NCBI GenBank assembly: GCA_050633245.1
Contig: JBOEGD010000046.1
Location: 1 to 22,757 of the forward strand
DNA length: 22,757 bases
DNA from: Calditrichia bacterium
GTDB taxonomy: Bacteria > Calditrichota > Calditrichia > RBG-13-44-9 > J075
Direction: 5' to 3'
Shown: one piece after another, positions 8,371 to 17,806 of the stretch
How the letters are laid out: each line of letters starts with the position of its first letter
Numbering within the stretch: position 1 is the first letter of the stretch
The notes under the pieces: generated by a model
Seen by the model: only the letters and a program-made list of their open reading frames with translations
Told to the model about the DNA's origin: nothing
Database searches by the model: none
Translations under genes and position numbers: made by a program

Positions 8371-9525
8371 ATGCTGAGATTGTTAAAGAGCTTAAATAAA
8401 CGCGATGCGCTGGAAGAGTTGGCTGCTGTTGGTCTTTCACGTCCCTCAGACCAGCAAATTGCTCTGCTCGTAAACGAAGAGGCGCTTTGCTTCGACAGCT
8501 CTTTTGTTGAGGTGAAGATGATTGCCTCAGACCATCAACTCCCTGGAACCTGGCTGGGAGATGGAAGCAGTGGCTGGATTGTTGCAAAAGCCGGACGACT
8601 TGATTCCTGGCTGCATACGTTAAAAACGACGCTTCCGACTGACTCGCGTCTAAGAACTCTTGTTGCAGCCTCACTCGATGCACTTGCACAGACGGCGTGG
8701 CGATTCGAAACCTGTAATCAGGTGCTCGATTTGACCCACACGCAGATAATGGGCATACTGAATATTACGCCGGATTCGTTTAGCGACGGTGGCCTTTTTA
8801 TCAATAGCGACCAAGCCTATGCACAGGGAATGCGTATGCTTGAAGAGGGGGCAGATATTTTGGACATCGGCGGAGAGTCGACGCGTCCTGGTGCGGAAGA
8901 TATTTCTCTGGAAGATGAATGGAAACGCATTGAGCCTGTTATCAAACGTCTGTCGCGTGAAACATGTTTGCTCTCAGTTGATACGTATAAATCCGAAATT
9001 GCCCGTCGAGCGCTCTGCGAAGGTGTTCATATTGTAAACGACATTAGTGGGCTTACGTTCGACAACGATATGCCGAAAGTGTTGCGCGAATGGAACGTGC
9101 CGGTAATTCTGATGCACCTTCAGGGAACGCCGCGCGATATGCAGAGGCAGCCTCATTACGATCATTTGATGGCAGAGCTGACAAGTAGCTTAATGGCACG
9201 CTGTAATGCTGCTGAGGCTGCTGGTCTAACCAAAATTATTATCGACCCCGGAATTGGATTTGGCAAACGTCTGGAAGACAATTACGAGATCATTCGCCGT
9301 CTGGACGAACTGCGTGTTTTGGGAAAGCCTATTCTTCTTGGAACGTCGCGAAAGTCTTTTATCGGCAATTATTTGAATGTTGAAACTGCTCATCGGCTAC
9401 CCGGAACAATTGCCAGCAATTTATTCGGCGTGCTGAAAGGCGCAGCTATCTTACGAGTGCATGATGTGTGGGAGGCTAAACAAAGCCTCGATATCTGGCA
9501 AGCCATCCATGAAAATAAAGCCTGA
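8371..9525 (+). CDS. folP: Dihydropteroate synthase with an N-terminal extension
   Basis: IMGILNITPDSFSDGG, DIGGESTRPG, SVDTYK, IIDPGIGFGK, SRKSF and ILRVHDV motifs. Confidence 0.96.
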   Translation: MLRLLKSLNKRDALEELAAVGLSRPSDQQIALLVNEEALCFDSSFVEVKMIASDHQLPGTWLGDGSSGWIVAKAGRLDSWLHTLKTTLPTDSRLRTLVAASLDALAQTAWRFETCNQVLDLTHTQIMGILNITPDSFSDGGLFINSDQAYAQGMRMLEEGADILDIGGESTRPGAEDISLEDEWKRIEPVIKRLSRETCLLSVDTYKSEIARRALCEGVHIVNDISGLTFDNDMPKVLREWNVPVILMHLQGTPRDMQRQPHYDHLMAELTSSLMARCNAAEAAGLTKIIIDPGIGFGKRLEDNYEIIRRLDELRVLGKPILLGTSRKSFIGNYLNVETAHRLPGTIASNLFGVLKGAAILRVHDVWEAKQSLDIWQAIHENKA

Positions 9526-9560
9526 GGAAAAACCTCAGGTTTCGAAAAAAATGGTTTATT

Positions 9561-10373
9561 ATGCTGTTTCGCTTTGGTTTTCTTACAATTACGGTTTTTG
9601 ACCTGCTCGATATTACGCTGGTAGCATTCGTCTTTTATAAATTCTATCAGTTTATTCGCGGTAGCGTCGCAGCTCGAATGATTATCGGTCTGCTTATTAT
9701 CTTTGTCTTTTCTATACTGGCCGATCTTACCAACCTAAGTGGTGTTTCGTGGATATTCTCCAATCTGAAAACCATTTGGGTTATCGCATTCGTAATTATA
9801 TTTCAACCAGAGTTCAGGCGACTTCTGCTCTACATGGGGCAAAATCCCATTATCCAGCGTTTTGTAAGCGTCGAGCAGCCGAAATTTATCGAAGAGGTTG
9901 TCGGAGCTGCTGTCGATCTTTCGCACAAGAATTTTGGGGCACTTATTGTGTTGCTGCAGGAGACTGGAATAAAAGGAATTGTTGAAACCGGTTTGGATTT
10001 GAATGCAGAAGTGAGTCGACCACTATTGATGTCAATTTTTAATCCACGCTCTCCACTTCACGATGGTGCGGTCGTAGTTCAGTCCGATATTATTCTGGCC
10101 GCAAAATGCCAATTACCATTGACGCAAAACCCCGAGATTGATCATACGTATGGTATGAGACATCGTGCTGCTTTGGGGCTCTCTGAACAGACAGACTCGC
10201 TGGTGCTGGTTGTGAGTGAGGAGACCGGACATATCTCGATTGCTGAAAATGGACAAATTGACCGTAATTTATCGGAAGAGGAAGTCTTGGCGCGACTCAA
10301 TAAGACGTTTACCATGGCGCAGCGTAAGAAGTTTTCCTTTGCCGATTTTTTACATCGCAATGAATATGAATAA
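9561..10373 (+). CDS. cdaA: Membrane diadenylate cyclase CdaA (c-di-AMP synthase)
   Basis: Three N-terminal TM helices, FQPEFRR, and the DAC catalytic motifs PLHDGA and GMRHRAA, plus VVSEETG. Confidence 0.94.
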   Translation: MLFRFGFLTITVFDLLDITLVAFVFYKFYQFIRGSVAARMIIGLLIIFVFSILADLTNLSGVSWIFSNLKTIWVIAFVIIFQPEFRRLLLYMGQNPIIQRFVSVEQPKFIEEVVGAAVDLSHKNFGALIVLLQETGIKGIVETGLDLNAEVSRPLLMSIFNPRSPLHDGAVVVQSDIILAAKCQLPLTQNPEIDHTYGMRHRAALGLSEQTDSLVLVVSEETGHISIAENGQIDRNLSEEEVLARLNKTFTMAQRKKFSFADFLHRNEYE

Positions 10374-10517
10374 TGAATATCAGACGCATGTTTTTCTCTC
10401 GATGGCCAATATCGGGGATATAAGATTATTTTTTATGCTTTTGTGTCGATAAACAATAGTTTTCGCGCAGACTCCAGTTAACTTTTTATTCCACGGATTA
10501 AAAGAAGTAAAACCACG

Positions 10518-13500
10518 ATGAACTATAGAATGCACTATTTCTTTCTACTGTTATGTTCTTTGCTTGCAACATCTTTGCTGCAAATCGCTGCACAGTCCTC
10601 AGACAATCAATCTTTTTATCGCGTCACGTCACAAAGCTCTTCAGGGTTAACTATCGTTTTTGAATTCGATGAACCTGAAATGCAGCCCATTGCCGGTTTG
10701 GAGCAGGCATGGAGTGTGCAACTTTCGGGGTTAAAGCAAAATCACAATTCCGGTGATCCATTGCTGCCTGTTGTCGGCCTTCCGTTGGCTCTTCCTGAAG
10801 GACGCTCACGTATCAGCGTTGCAGTTCAAGAGGTAAAAGACTATCCCGGGCATTTCCCGCTTCTTTTTGTGGATGAATCTGCCAGCGCTGTTGAATCATC
10901 AACGCAAGTTAAGCCAGAGCGGTTTACTTCCCTTTTTCCGCAGGAATTTTGTCAGCTTCACGATCTTGGTATTATGCGGGATAATCGTCTGGGCTCGCTG
11001 CAGGTCTATCCAATTCAGGTAACCGCATCTGGTATGAAGTTTTATAAGCGCTTTGAAGTTCGTATTCAGTTTGAGCGGGCTCAAACCGGAAGCGCATCAC
11101 TCTCCGCTGCAGACACCAGAATGTTTAGTGATCTGGTTGTAAACAGCTCACAGCTTGGTTACAGCGTTGTAGAGACTCCTCAGCAGAACTATAAATCTTC
11201 CGCCCCACGCTTTATGAACTCGCAGGTGGGAAGTCGCTATCGCTTAATTGTGGATGAAGATGGTTTGTATCGGGTTACCGGTGAAGACTTGGAAGATGCG
11301 GGTGTTCGCCTCAGTGATATTCATACCGCTACGATGCGGTTGTCAAACCGCGATCAGGATGTTGCCTTCTACTTGTTTGGCGATCAGGATGGAAGCTTCG
11401 ATGAAGTGGATTTTTTTGAATTCTGGGGAGAGCGCAACGAAAAGAGCTTTCTGGAATCCTATCCCGATCAGTATTCCGATCCATTTAGCGATGAAAATGT
11501 TTACTGGCTTGAATGGGGCGTTGCGCCGGGTAATCGAATGGTAGAGGAAAATGGTAGCCTTACAGCCATTGTGCCGGGTGAATACAATCCTGCATTTAAC
11601 TACCGTCATACGACTCACCAAGAGAAAAACGAGTTTTTTGAGCGCTTCGGCAAAAGTCATCAGGAAACGCTCTCGCTTACGCGAGACAATTGGTTTTTCG
11701 ACAGCGGTATAAAAGCTGTTGGAAAGCGCGCTTATCCGTTTCAGCTTGAGCATCCCGATAATTCCTCGTTTAATAATGTTGTTGTAGAGGCGATGTTGGC
11801 TGGAAAATCTTTTGGCGCTGAGTTTAATGATGGAAATCCCTCTACTGATGACCGCGTCCCGCACAATGTGCAGCTTTGGCTCAACAATGGGTACGTAGGG
11901 AACGGGCCGAATAACTGGTTTAGTCAGGACACCGCACGTATTAGCAATGCTTCCTCATCGACGCTGCGCAATTCGGATTTGATTCATGGAACAAATGTGT
12001 TGGAGGTGCAGCTTCCCGAGCTTCCGGATATTACCATTCTTGTTAACGGTCAGACTGTTCCCAGTAAAGGCACAGATATTGTATTGTTAAACTGGTTTCA
12101 GATTACATACGATCGCCTGTATCGTGCGGAAAATAACATCGTTGAGTTTACGCGACCATCGTTTATCCCATTCCCGGACACGGATATTTTTCGCTTTGAA
12201 ATTGAAGGTTTTCGTAGGCCTGATGTCGAAATCTATAAAAAAGGTATTAGTCGTATCGTCAATTTCAAAATCGACCAGCGTATTACCGGCGATAGACTTG
12301 AACATGACATTACCTTTCAGGATGAAGTTGTAACGGATGACATTGAATATGTCGCGCTGACGCCTGAAATGAAAAAGAAGCCATTGCGAATCGAATTGGA
12401 TCGTCCTTATGATGAAGAAAACCCGAACTTAACCTTACGAGATGCTGCCAATGCAGCTGAGTATGTGATTTTAACTAATAATCGCTTTCGCAGCGCTGCA
12501 CAAGAACTGCTGGACTATCGACAGAGTCAGGGGATTATTGGGAAGATTGTTGCCGTTCAGGATATCTACGATGAATTCAACTCCGGCATTAAATCTCCGC
12601 TGGCAATTCGTGAATTTTTGCGTTACGCCTTTTTTAATTGGCAGCGTTCGCCCCGCCTGAAATATGTGGCGCTTCTTGGAGATGCCACTTTCGATTACAA
12701 GACAAAAGATGAGCTTGAGGGCGATTTTGTTCCAACCTATTTTTATCAGACCGACCTGTTTGGGGCTTCAGCGTCAGATTATCCCTATGCACTGATTGCA
12801 GGCGAAGATGAGCTGCCTGATTTAGCCATTGGTCGCATACCAGCCAACACCAACAGTGATATTCAGGGCTTCGTTTCCAAGCTGATTGAATACGATCAGG
12901 CTGAAGTAACAACGCCATGGCAAAGCCAGGCGCTATACATAAGCGGTAACGATCGCGCAACCTACGAACTTGAAAACCGATTTGGGCAGCAGTTCCCGGC
13001 ATTTCGCACTCAAAACTCACGCGTTATTTCTACGTTGATGCCAAAACATCTTTCCGGTGCACGGCTTAATACTGTACGGGATGAAACACTGCCGCTAAAC
13101 GAGTTTGATCCGAACTTTGGTACGCGTACCAGTCTGGTCGACCGTTGGAATGACGGTTTAATATTTATCAATTTTATGGGACACGGTGGTGGCGGTATTT
13201 GGGCCGATGACAACCTGCTCGATATTCCTGACGTAGAGCTGCTGAACAACAAAGGACGCTATCCTTTTGTGACGAGTATGACGTGTTTTACTGGTTCTTA
13301 CGAGAATCCTTCTACCGATGGCCTTGCAGAAAAACTGGTATTGGCACCTGATAAGGGAGCCATTGCCGTTCTTGCCTCTTCCGGATTAGGATATCTACAT
13401 AACGATTATACCATGCTCTGGTTTATAGGACAGTTTCTCTTTAGCGGTTCCAGAACGCTCGGTGAAAGTATGTTACTGGGAAAGACGCAGTACTGGAATA

Positions 13501-15638
13501 ATGGTGGTTATAATGTGAACGGTCGCGTTTACGGAACACCTGGCTACTCGGCTGTACGCCGGGAAATGGTGTATCAATATAACTTTATCGGCGACCCGCT
13601 GACGCGCTTTCGCTGGACCCCGAAAGACCTTTCCGTGCAGATTAACAATGCAACGCCGCAGCGTGGTGAAGTTGTTGACGTTACGGTTAACTCATCGTTT
13701 TTTGGTGCGGAAGGATATATCGAGCTTGTTGATCGAGATTTTAATATCGTCGATCGTCAGCCGGTGTTTGGCGCCGGACAAACCGTTACGTTAAATATGA
13801 CAATCCCGGATGACTTCCCTGAAGGAACAGGACTTTTCCGTGTCTATTTAGCCGATGGAACGGTTTCCGCCGGTGGTTCAGTTTCAATTGGCGTGAATTA
13901 CGGGGTCATCAACGATCTTACCATTAGCCCGGATGCACCTCGCGTAGATGACTCTGTAAAAGTACGTATTAATGCAGTTGATGTGAACGGACTGAATCGG
14001 GTCTATGTCATCACGGAAAATAATGTTGATTCTCTGTTCGCGGTTGCCGATCCACTTGAGCCGGACGTTTATATTGCTACATTGCCGCCGACCTTTCGTT
14101 TAAAAACCGTCTTTTTTAATGTGTATCTGGAAAATAATACCGGTAATGTCAGCGTATTCAGTAACCAAAGCTATATTGTTACTGATCAGCGGGCTGATGT
14201 CTTTTTTGCGAATCAATCCCTTGGCTTCTTCGGCGATCGTAGAGCAAAACTGCGTGTCGGATTAGAAAACTCTGCCGGCGCGGGTGCTGATAATCAAATT
14301 GTGGTAAACGTTCAGGCTTATGACGGCATTCAGAATTACACAAATAATGTGTCGTTTGCAAATGCGAGCACCGTTTTAAGCAGTCTGGATAGTACATCTG
14401 TTTCTCTTGATTTTACCCTGCCACTCGACCGCCCTGCTTATGACTTATTGCTGAAGGCGACAGTGTCGGAGAATGAAGATGTAATCGACTTTAATGCAAC
14501 TAATGACACGCTTCGACAGACGATTGCGCCGCTTATCTATAATGTGAGTCCGTCCGCAGGCTTGGATACGATTGTTCTGCGTTCGCGTTTTCGCACCAGC
14601 TTTGCTCCATCCGGGATTAGCGACTCGAGTGCCGTGCGCATTGCAGTTCGAGAAATTGATGCGCCTGCAAATCAGACCGGTCTGATGCCCATCTCGCTTC
14701 TGCAGCAGGGGGAATTTAATGCCTTGGATGTGGAATTGTTAAACCCGGACGCACAGCTAACGATTCCCTACACAATCGAAATCACCTTAAACGAGTCGCT
14801 GATAGATACGAATGAGTTTAACCTGCAGGATGTTAGACTCTACGAGAAGCGTAGTGGAAGTGCCCCCTGGACGTTTGTTAATTCAATATTTGATGCCACT
14901 ACCCGACGACTGACGGCTCAGAGCTCGCGGAGCAGTAGTTTTGCGATTTTCTTTAGTGATGATTTGCAGCCGCCGACTATCGAACTGACCGCAGATGGTA
15001 GACCACTTCGCGAGAGTGGGTTAGTTGGTAGCACACCTTCGCTTTATTTGGTGCTGCAGGATGCCAGCGGTATAGATACTCAAAAAGATCGCGTCGAAAT
15101 TCTATTGGATGAACAACCCTTTCCCGAAGATAAACTCTTTATCCCGGACTCAGTGGCGCGCAATGATATTGTGGGATTCACGCTGTTTCCCGAGCTTAAC
15201 CGTGGGACGCATGATCTCGCAATTCGAGTTCAGGATGTGAATGGAATCAGCGCCGAGTCTACATTTAAACTACAGGTGCAGGAAGACTTTGATTTGAAGG
15301 TCTACGGAAACTATCCGAATCCATTCGTAGACGAAACCATATTTTCCTACTTCGTCGAATTAAATGACGATCTGGATAAGTTTGAAATTCGCATTTATAC
15401 TATCAGTGGCCGCCGTATAAAAACGATAAGCTCAGATGAAAATAACCCACTCGATGCGCTCGATGGAGGTGCACGGCGTAAAGGATATAACGAGCTGGTT
15501 TGGGATGGCACGGATGATGATCTGCAGGAAGTGGCGTATGGCGTTTACTTTGCTGTGGTTCGCGCGACGTATGAGGGCGAAACTATTGAAAAGACGCTGA
15601 AAGTCGCAAAAGTCCAGGTCGAGAACCCTGGCAATTAG
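10518..15638 (+). CDS. Large secreted C25-family (gingipain/PorU-like) cysteine peptidase with C-terminal T9SS type A CTD/FlgD-Ig-like domain
   Basis: Signal peptide and propeptide-like N-terminus. PorU-like segments (GLYRVTGEDL, DIYDEFNSG, YVALLGDA, PDLAIGRIP). Catalytic dyad GHG (His889, 13182) and MTC (Cys923, 13284). C-terminal NYPNPF...IRIYTISGRRIKTI...WDGTD...GVYF...KVAKV. Confidence 0.88.
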   Translation: MNYRMHYFFLLLCSLLATSLLQIAAQSSDNQSFYRVTSQSSSGLTIVFEFDEPEMQPIAGLEQAWSVQLSGLKQNHNSGDPLLPVVGLPLALPEGRSRISVAVQEVKDYPGHFPLLFVDESASAVESSTQVKPERFTSLFPQEFCQLHDLGIMRDNRLGSLQVYPIQVTASGMKFYKRFEVRIQFERAQTGSASLSAADTRMFSDLVVNSSQLGYSVVETPQQNYKSSAPRFMNSQVGSRYRLIVDEDGLYRVTGEDLEDAGVRLSDIHTATMRLSNRDQDVAFYLFGDQDGSFDEVDFFEFWGERNEKSFLESYPDQYSDPFSDENVYWLEWGVAPGNRMVEENGSLTAIVPGEYNPAFNYRHTTHQEKNEFFERFGKSHQETLSLTRDNWFFDSGIKAVGKRAYPFQLEHPDNSSFNNVVVEAMLAGKSFGAEFNDGNPSTDDRVPHNVQLWLNNGYVGNGPNNWFSQDTARISNASSSTLRNSDLIHGTNVLEVQLPELPDITILVNGQTVPSKGTDIVLLNWFQITYDRLYRAENNIVEFTRPSFIPFPDTDIFRFEIEGFRRPDVEIYKKGISRIVNFKIDQRITGDRLEHDITFQDEVVTDDIEYVALTPEMKKKPLRIELDRPYDEENPNLTLRDAANAAEYVILTNNRFRSAAQELLDYRQSQGIIGKIVAVQDIYDEFNSGIKSPLAIREFLRYAFFNWQRSPRLKYVALLGDATFDYKTKDELEGDFVPTYFYQTDLFGASASDYPYALIAGEDELPDLAIGRIPANTNSDIQGFVSKLIEYDQAEVTTPWQSQALYISGNDRATYELENRFGQQFPAFRTQNSRVISTLMPKHLSGARLNTVRDETLPLNEFDPNFGTRTSLVDRWNDGLIFINFMGHGGGGIWADDNLLDIPDVELLNNKGRYPFVTSMTCFTGSYENPSTDGLAEKLVLAPDKGAIAVLASSGLGYLHNDYTMLWFIGQFLFSGSRTLGESMLLGKTQYWNNGGYNVNGRVYGTPGYSAVRREMVYQYNFIGDPLTRFRWTPKDLSVQINNATPQRGEVVDVTVNSSFFGAEGYIELVDRDFNIVDRQPVFGAGQTVTLNMTIPDDFPEGTGLFRVYLADGTVSAGGSVSIGVNYGVINDLTISPDAPRVDDSVKVRINAVDVNGLNRVYVITENNVDSLFAVADPLEPDVYIATLPPTFRLKTVFFNVYLENNTGNVSVFSNQSYIVTDQRADVFFANQSLGFFGDRRAKLRVGLENSAGAGADNQIVVNVQAYDGIQNYTNNVSFANASTVLSSLDSTSVSLDFTLPLDRPAYDLLLKATVSENEDVIDFNATNDTLRQTIAPLIYNVSPSAGLDTIVLRSRFRTSFAPSGISDSSAVRIAVREIDAPANQTGLMPISLLQQGEFNALDVELLNPDAQLTIPYTIEITLNESLIDTNEFNLQDVRLYEKRSGSAPWTFVNSIFDATTRRLTAQSSRSSSFAIFFSDDLQPPTIELTADGRPLRESGLVGSTPSLYLVLQDASGIDTQKDRVEILLDEQPFPEDKLFIPDSVARNDIVGFTLFPELNRGTHDLAIRVQDVNGISAESTFKLQVQEDFDLKVYGNYPNPFVDETIFSYFVELNDDLDKFEIRIYTISGRRIKTISSDENNPLDALDGGARRKGYNELVWDGTDDDLQEVAYGVYFAVVRATYEGETIEKTLKVAKVQVENPGN

Positions 15639-15680
15639 GCGAGAACTTCGCGCGACTGAAAGTGAATAATTGAGGCTTTT

Positions 15681-16733
15681 ATGAAAACGCAGGTAAAAAT
15701 TAGTCTGGTCCTTTCTCTTGTAGTAGCTGTTTGCATGCAGCTTACTGCACAGGGCACCAAATATGGTGGCTCTTTTCTGGAGCTAAGCGTTGGGGCCAGA
15801 AGCATGGCAATGGGCGATGCGTACGCTTCGGTTGCTAATGACGGGTCGGCATTCTATTGGAATCCGGCTGGGGCGGCAAATATTTTACGAACCGATGTAT
15901 CAGGAATGTATGCCTCGCTATTCAAGTCTCTGGTAAATCACTATCATCTCGGTGTGACCAAGCCGGTTTATGGCCAAGGTTCGGTCTCATTGAATTGGGT
16001 GAACGTCTCAGTTGATGACATTCCTCGCTACTGGTCCGACTTACTGAACGATCCGACCTCTTCATACGATCGGCGCGTAGCGGAAAGTACCGGTGGTGGG
16101 AACTGGGAGCAGAATGTTTTAGCAGATTCAGCATCCGGATTTAGCAATAGTAGTGAAGATGCGTTCATTATTACGCTCGCCAAGCAGAATAAAATAGATA
16201 TTGATTTTGGCTGGCAATATTTTGTGATGCCAATAACTATTCCAATTGGACTTAATGTTAAATTGCTTAGGCAATCTTTATTTAGTCAAAAAAGCTCAGG
16301 TATAGGTTTTGACCTTGGAACCATGCTGAGATTCGGTCTGGATGACCTCTTTGACGATAACCGGCTAGGGAAAGTCGCACTAGGAGTAACGGTCAAAGAC
16401 ATCTGGAACACCAAGCTGACATGGGACACCGACTCCCGCCACTTCGATCGAATTAAGCGAAGCTGGCTGGTTGGAGGTTCTTACCACCAGCCGTTTTCCC
16501 GCCTCAATGGTGAATTGTTACTGGCTTATACCCTCAAACGTACGGATCGCACCACAAACCATATCGGTTTAGAGTATTTATACTACAACCGTTTGGCTAC
16601 GCGTTTTGGTCTCACAAATAAAAAATTTACGGCAGGCGTTGGTTTTAGAGTGTCTCTGTTTCAATTTGACTATGCTTTCAGATCGCATGATCTGGGAGGC
16701 AGTCATCGTATTAACACCTCTATTACGCTATAG
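15681..16733 (+). CDS. PorV/PorQ-family (FadL-like) outer-membrane beta-barrel protein
   Basis: Signal peptide, the family N-terminal motif FLELSVGARSMAMGDAYASVANDGSAFYWNPAG, amphipathic beta-strands ending FDYAF...HRINTSITL. Directly follows the PorU-like gene. Confidence 0.82.
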   Translation: MKTQVKISLVLSLVVAVCMQLTAQGTKYGGSFLELSVGARSMAMGDAYASVANDGSAFYWNPAGAANILRTDVSGMYASLFKSLVNHYHLGVTKPVYGQGSVSLNWVNVSVDDIPRYWSDLLNDPTSSYDRRVAESTGGGNWEQNVLADSASGFSNSSEDAFIITLAKQNKIDIDFGWQYFVMPITIPIGLNVKLLRQSLFSQKSSGIGFDLGTMLRFGLDDLFDDNRLGKVALGVTVKDIWNTKLTWDTDSRHFDRIKRSWLVGGSYHQPFSRLNGELLLAYTLKRTDRTTNHIGLEYLYYNRLATRFGLTNKKFTAGVGFRVSLFQFDYAFRSHDLGGSHRINTSITL

Positions 16734-16742
16734 GAGGTTCTC

Positions 16743-17525
16743 ATAGCGATATCACCAAAACAGCTCCTGCTAATCTTTGCCCTCCTGTGCACTTCATGCG
16801 AAAAAAGTGTTTCAACTTCAATGTCGGCACCGGAGAGGGTGCAATTGCTTCCTAAGCTTTCCGACACATTAGAAGTCGCAACGGGTTTAGAGCAGGGAAT
16901 CGATGCGGAAAACCCCGCTGAGGTTGTTCCCGGAAATGAGACCATGAATGGCATCTCATTGCAGTGGGAACGTCTTTCCGGCGAGGTCGAGGAGTATCAG
17001 ATTTTTCGCAGAGCAGATAATCCGGACGGCAACTTTCTGCAAGTTGGTTCTGTCTTTCCAAGTCGAACGGAAGCCGATACAACCTTCCTGGACAGAGACT
17101 CGCTGGATGTCGATAGAAGTTATTACTATTCTGTTCGAGCAGTGAATCCCGAAGGATTGGCCGGAGAGCTTGCAGAACCAGACTTCTATACGCTGATGCC
17201 AAAACCGGCATTGCGCTATCCTGTAGTTGAAGCTCAGCAGTATAACGCTTTCTTTCAGTGGGAACTCGATGGTTTTGTCGAAACATACTTCATTTTTCGC
17301 CTTGAAAAACTCGGCGTACGGAAATATGTGCCGCTGGTCGCTTTTATGCGAGATATAACAGGTAATATTCAGTCAGAACAGCAGTGGACATTACAGCAAC
17401 TTACACAAGACAGTTCATATGTTTTATCTGCTGGCAGCTATCGCTGGAGAATTGACGTGAGACGATTGAATGATATTCGACGGGGCGCGGAGAGTAACTG
17501 GGGTTATTTTCGGGTAATACCCTGA
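16743..17525 (+). CDS. Putative lipoprotein with fibronectin type III-like domains; probable non-canonical ATA start
   Basis: In-frame extension upstream of ATG 16821 gives IAISPKQLLLIFALLCTS-C-EK (lipoprotein-like signal), with SD GGAGG at 16733-16737. Fn3 pattern ISLQW...YQIFRR...FLD...YYYSVRAVN. Coding status is confident; the start is less so. Confidence 0.72.
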   Translation: MAISPKQLLLIFALLCTSCEKSVSTSMSAPERVQLLPKLSDTLEVATGLEQGIDAENPAEVVPGNETMNGISLQWERLSGEVEEYQIFRRADNPDGNFLQVGSVFPSRTEADTTFLDRDSLDVDRSYYYSVRAVNPEGLAGELAEPDFYTLMPKPALRYPVVEAQQYNAFFQWELDGFVETYFIFRLEKLGVRKYVPLVAFMRDITGNIQSEQQWTLQQLTQDSSYVLSAGSYRWRIDVRRLNDIRRGAESNWGYFRVIP

Positions 17526-17806
17526 TTTTATTCTCAAAATTAAAGGCTAAAGTAAATTGAATACTTGCTTTATCCAGTGAAAGTAGACTAAATTCGTGGT
17601 TTCGGAATATTATTCTAAATTTATTAAAGCAATTGCTAAACTTCAGGTGTCAGTAGGCCGATTTATTCTTTATTCGAAAAGAAGCATATACAAGAATTGA
17701 TTTGTAGCGTCACTTGAAAATACTGGAATTCAACTGGAAAACGGATGTTGTTAGATACGGACGAGTCATACTCTGACAAGTAGACTCAAGTGATGTTAGG
17801 TAATTG

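Noticed and set aside
10359-10380. Short AATGAATAT repeat at the cdaA stop
   Set aside because: Only two copies of an AT-rich 9-mer; not an array and likely chance.
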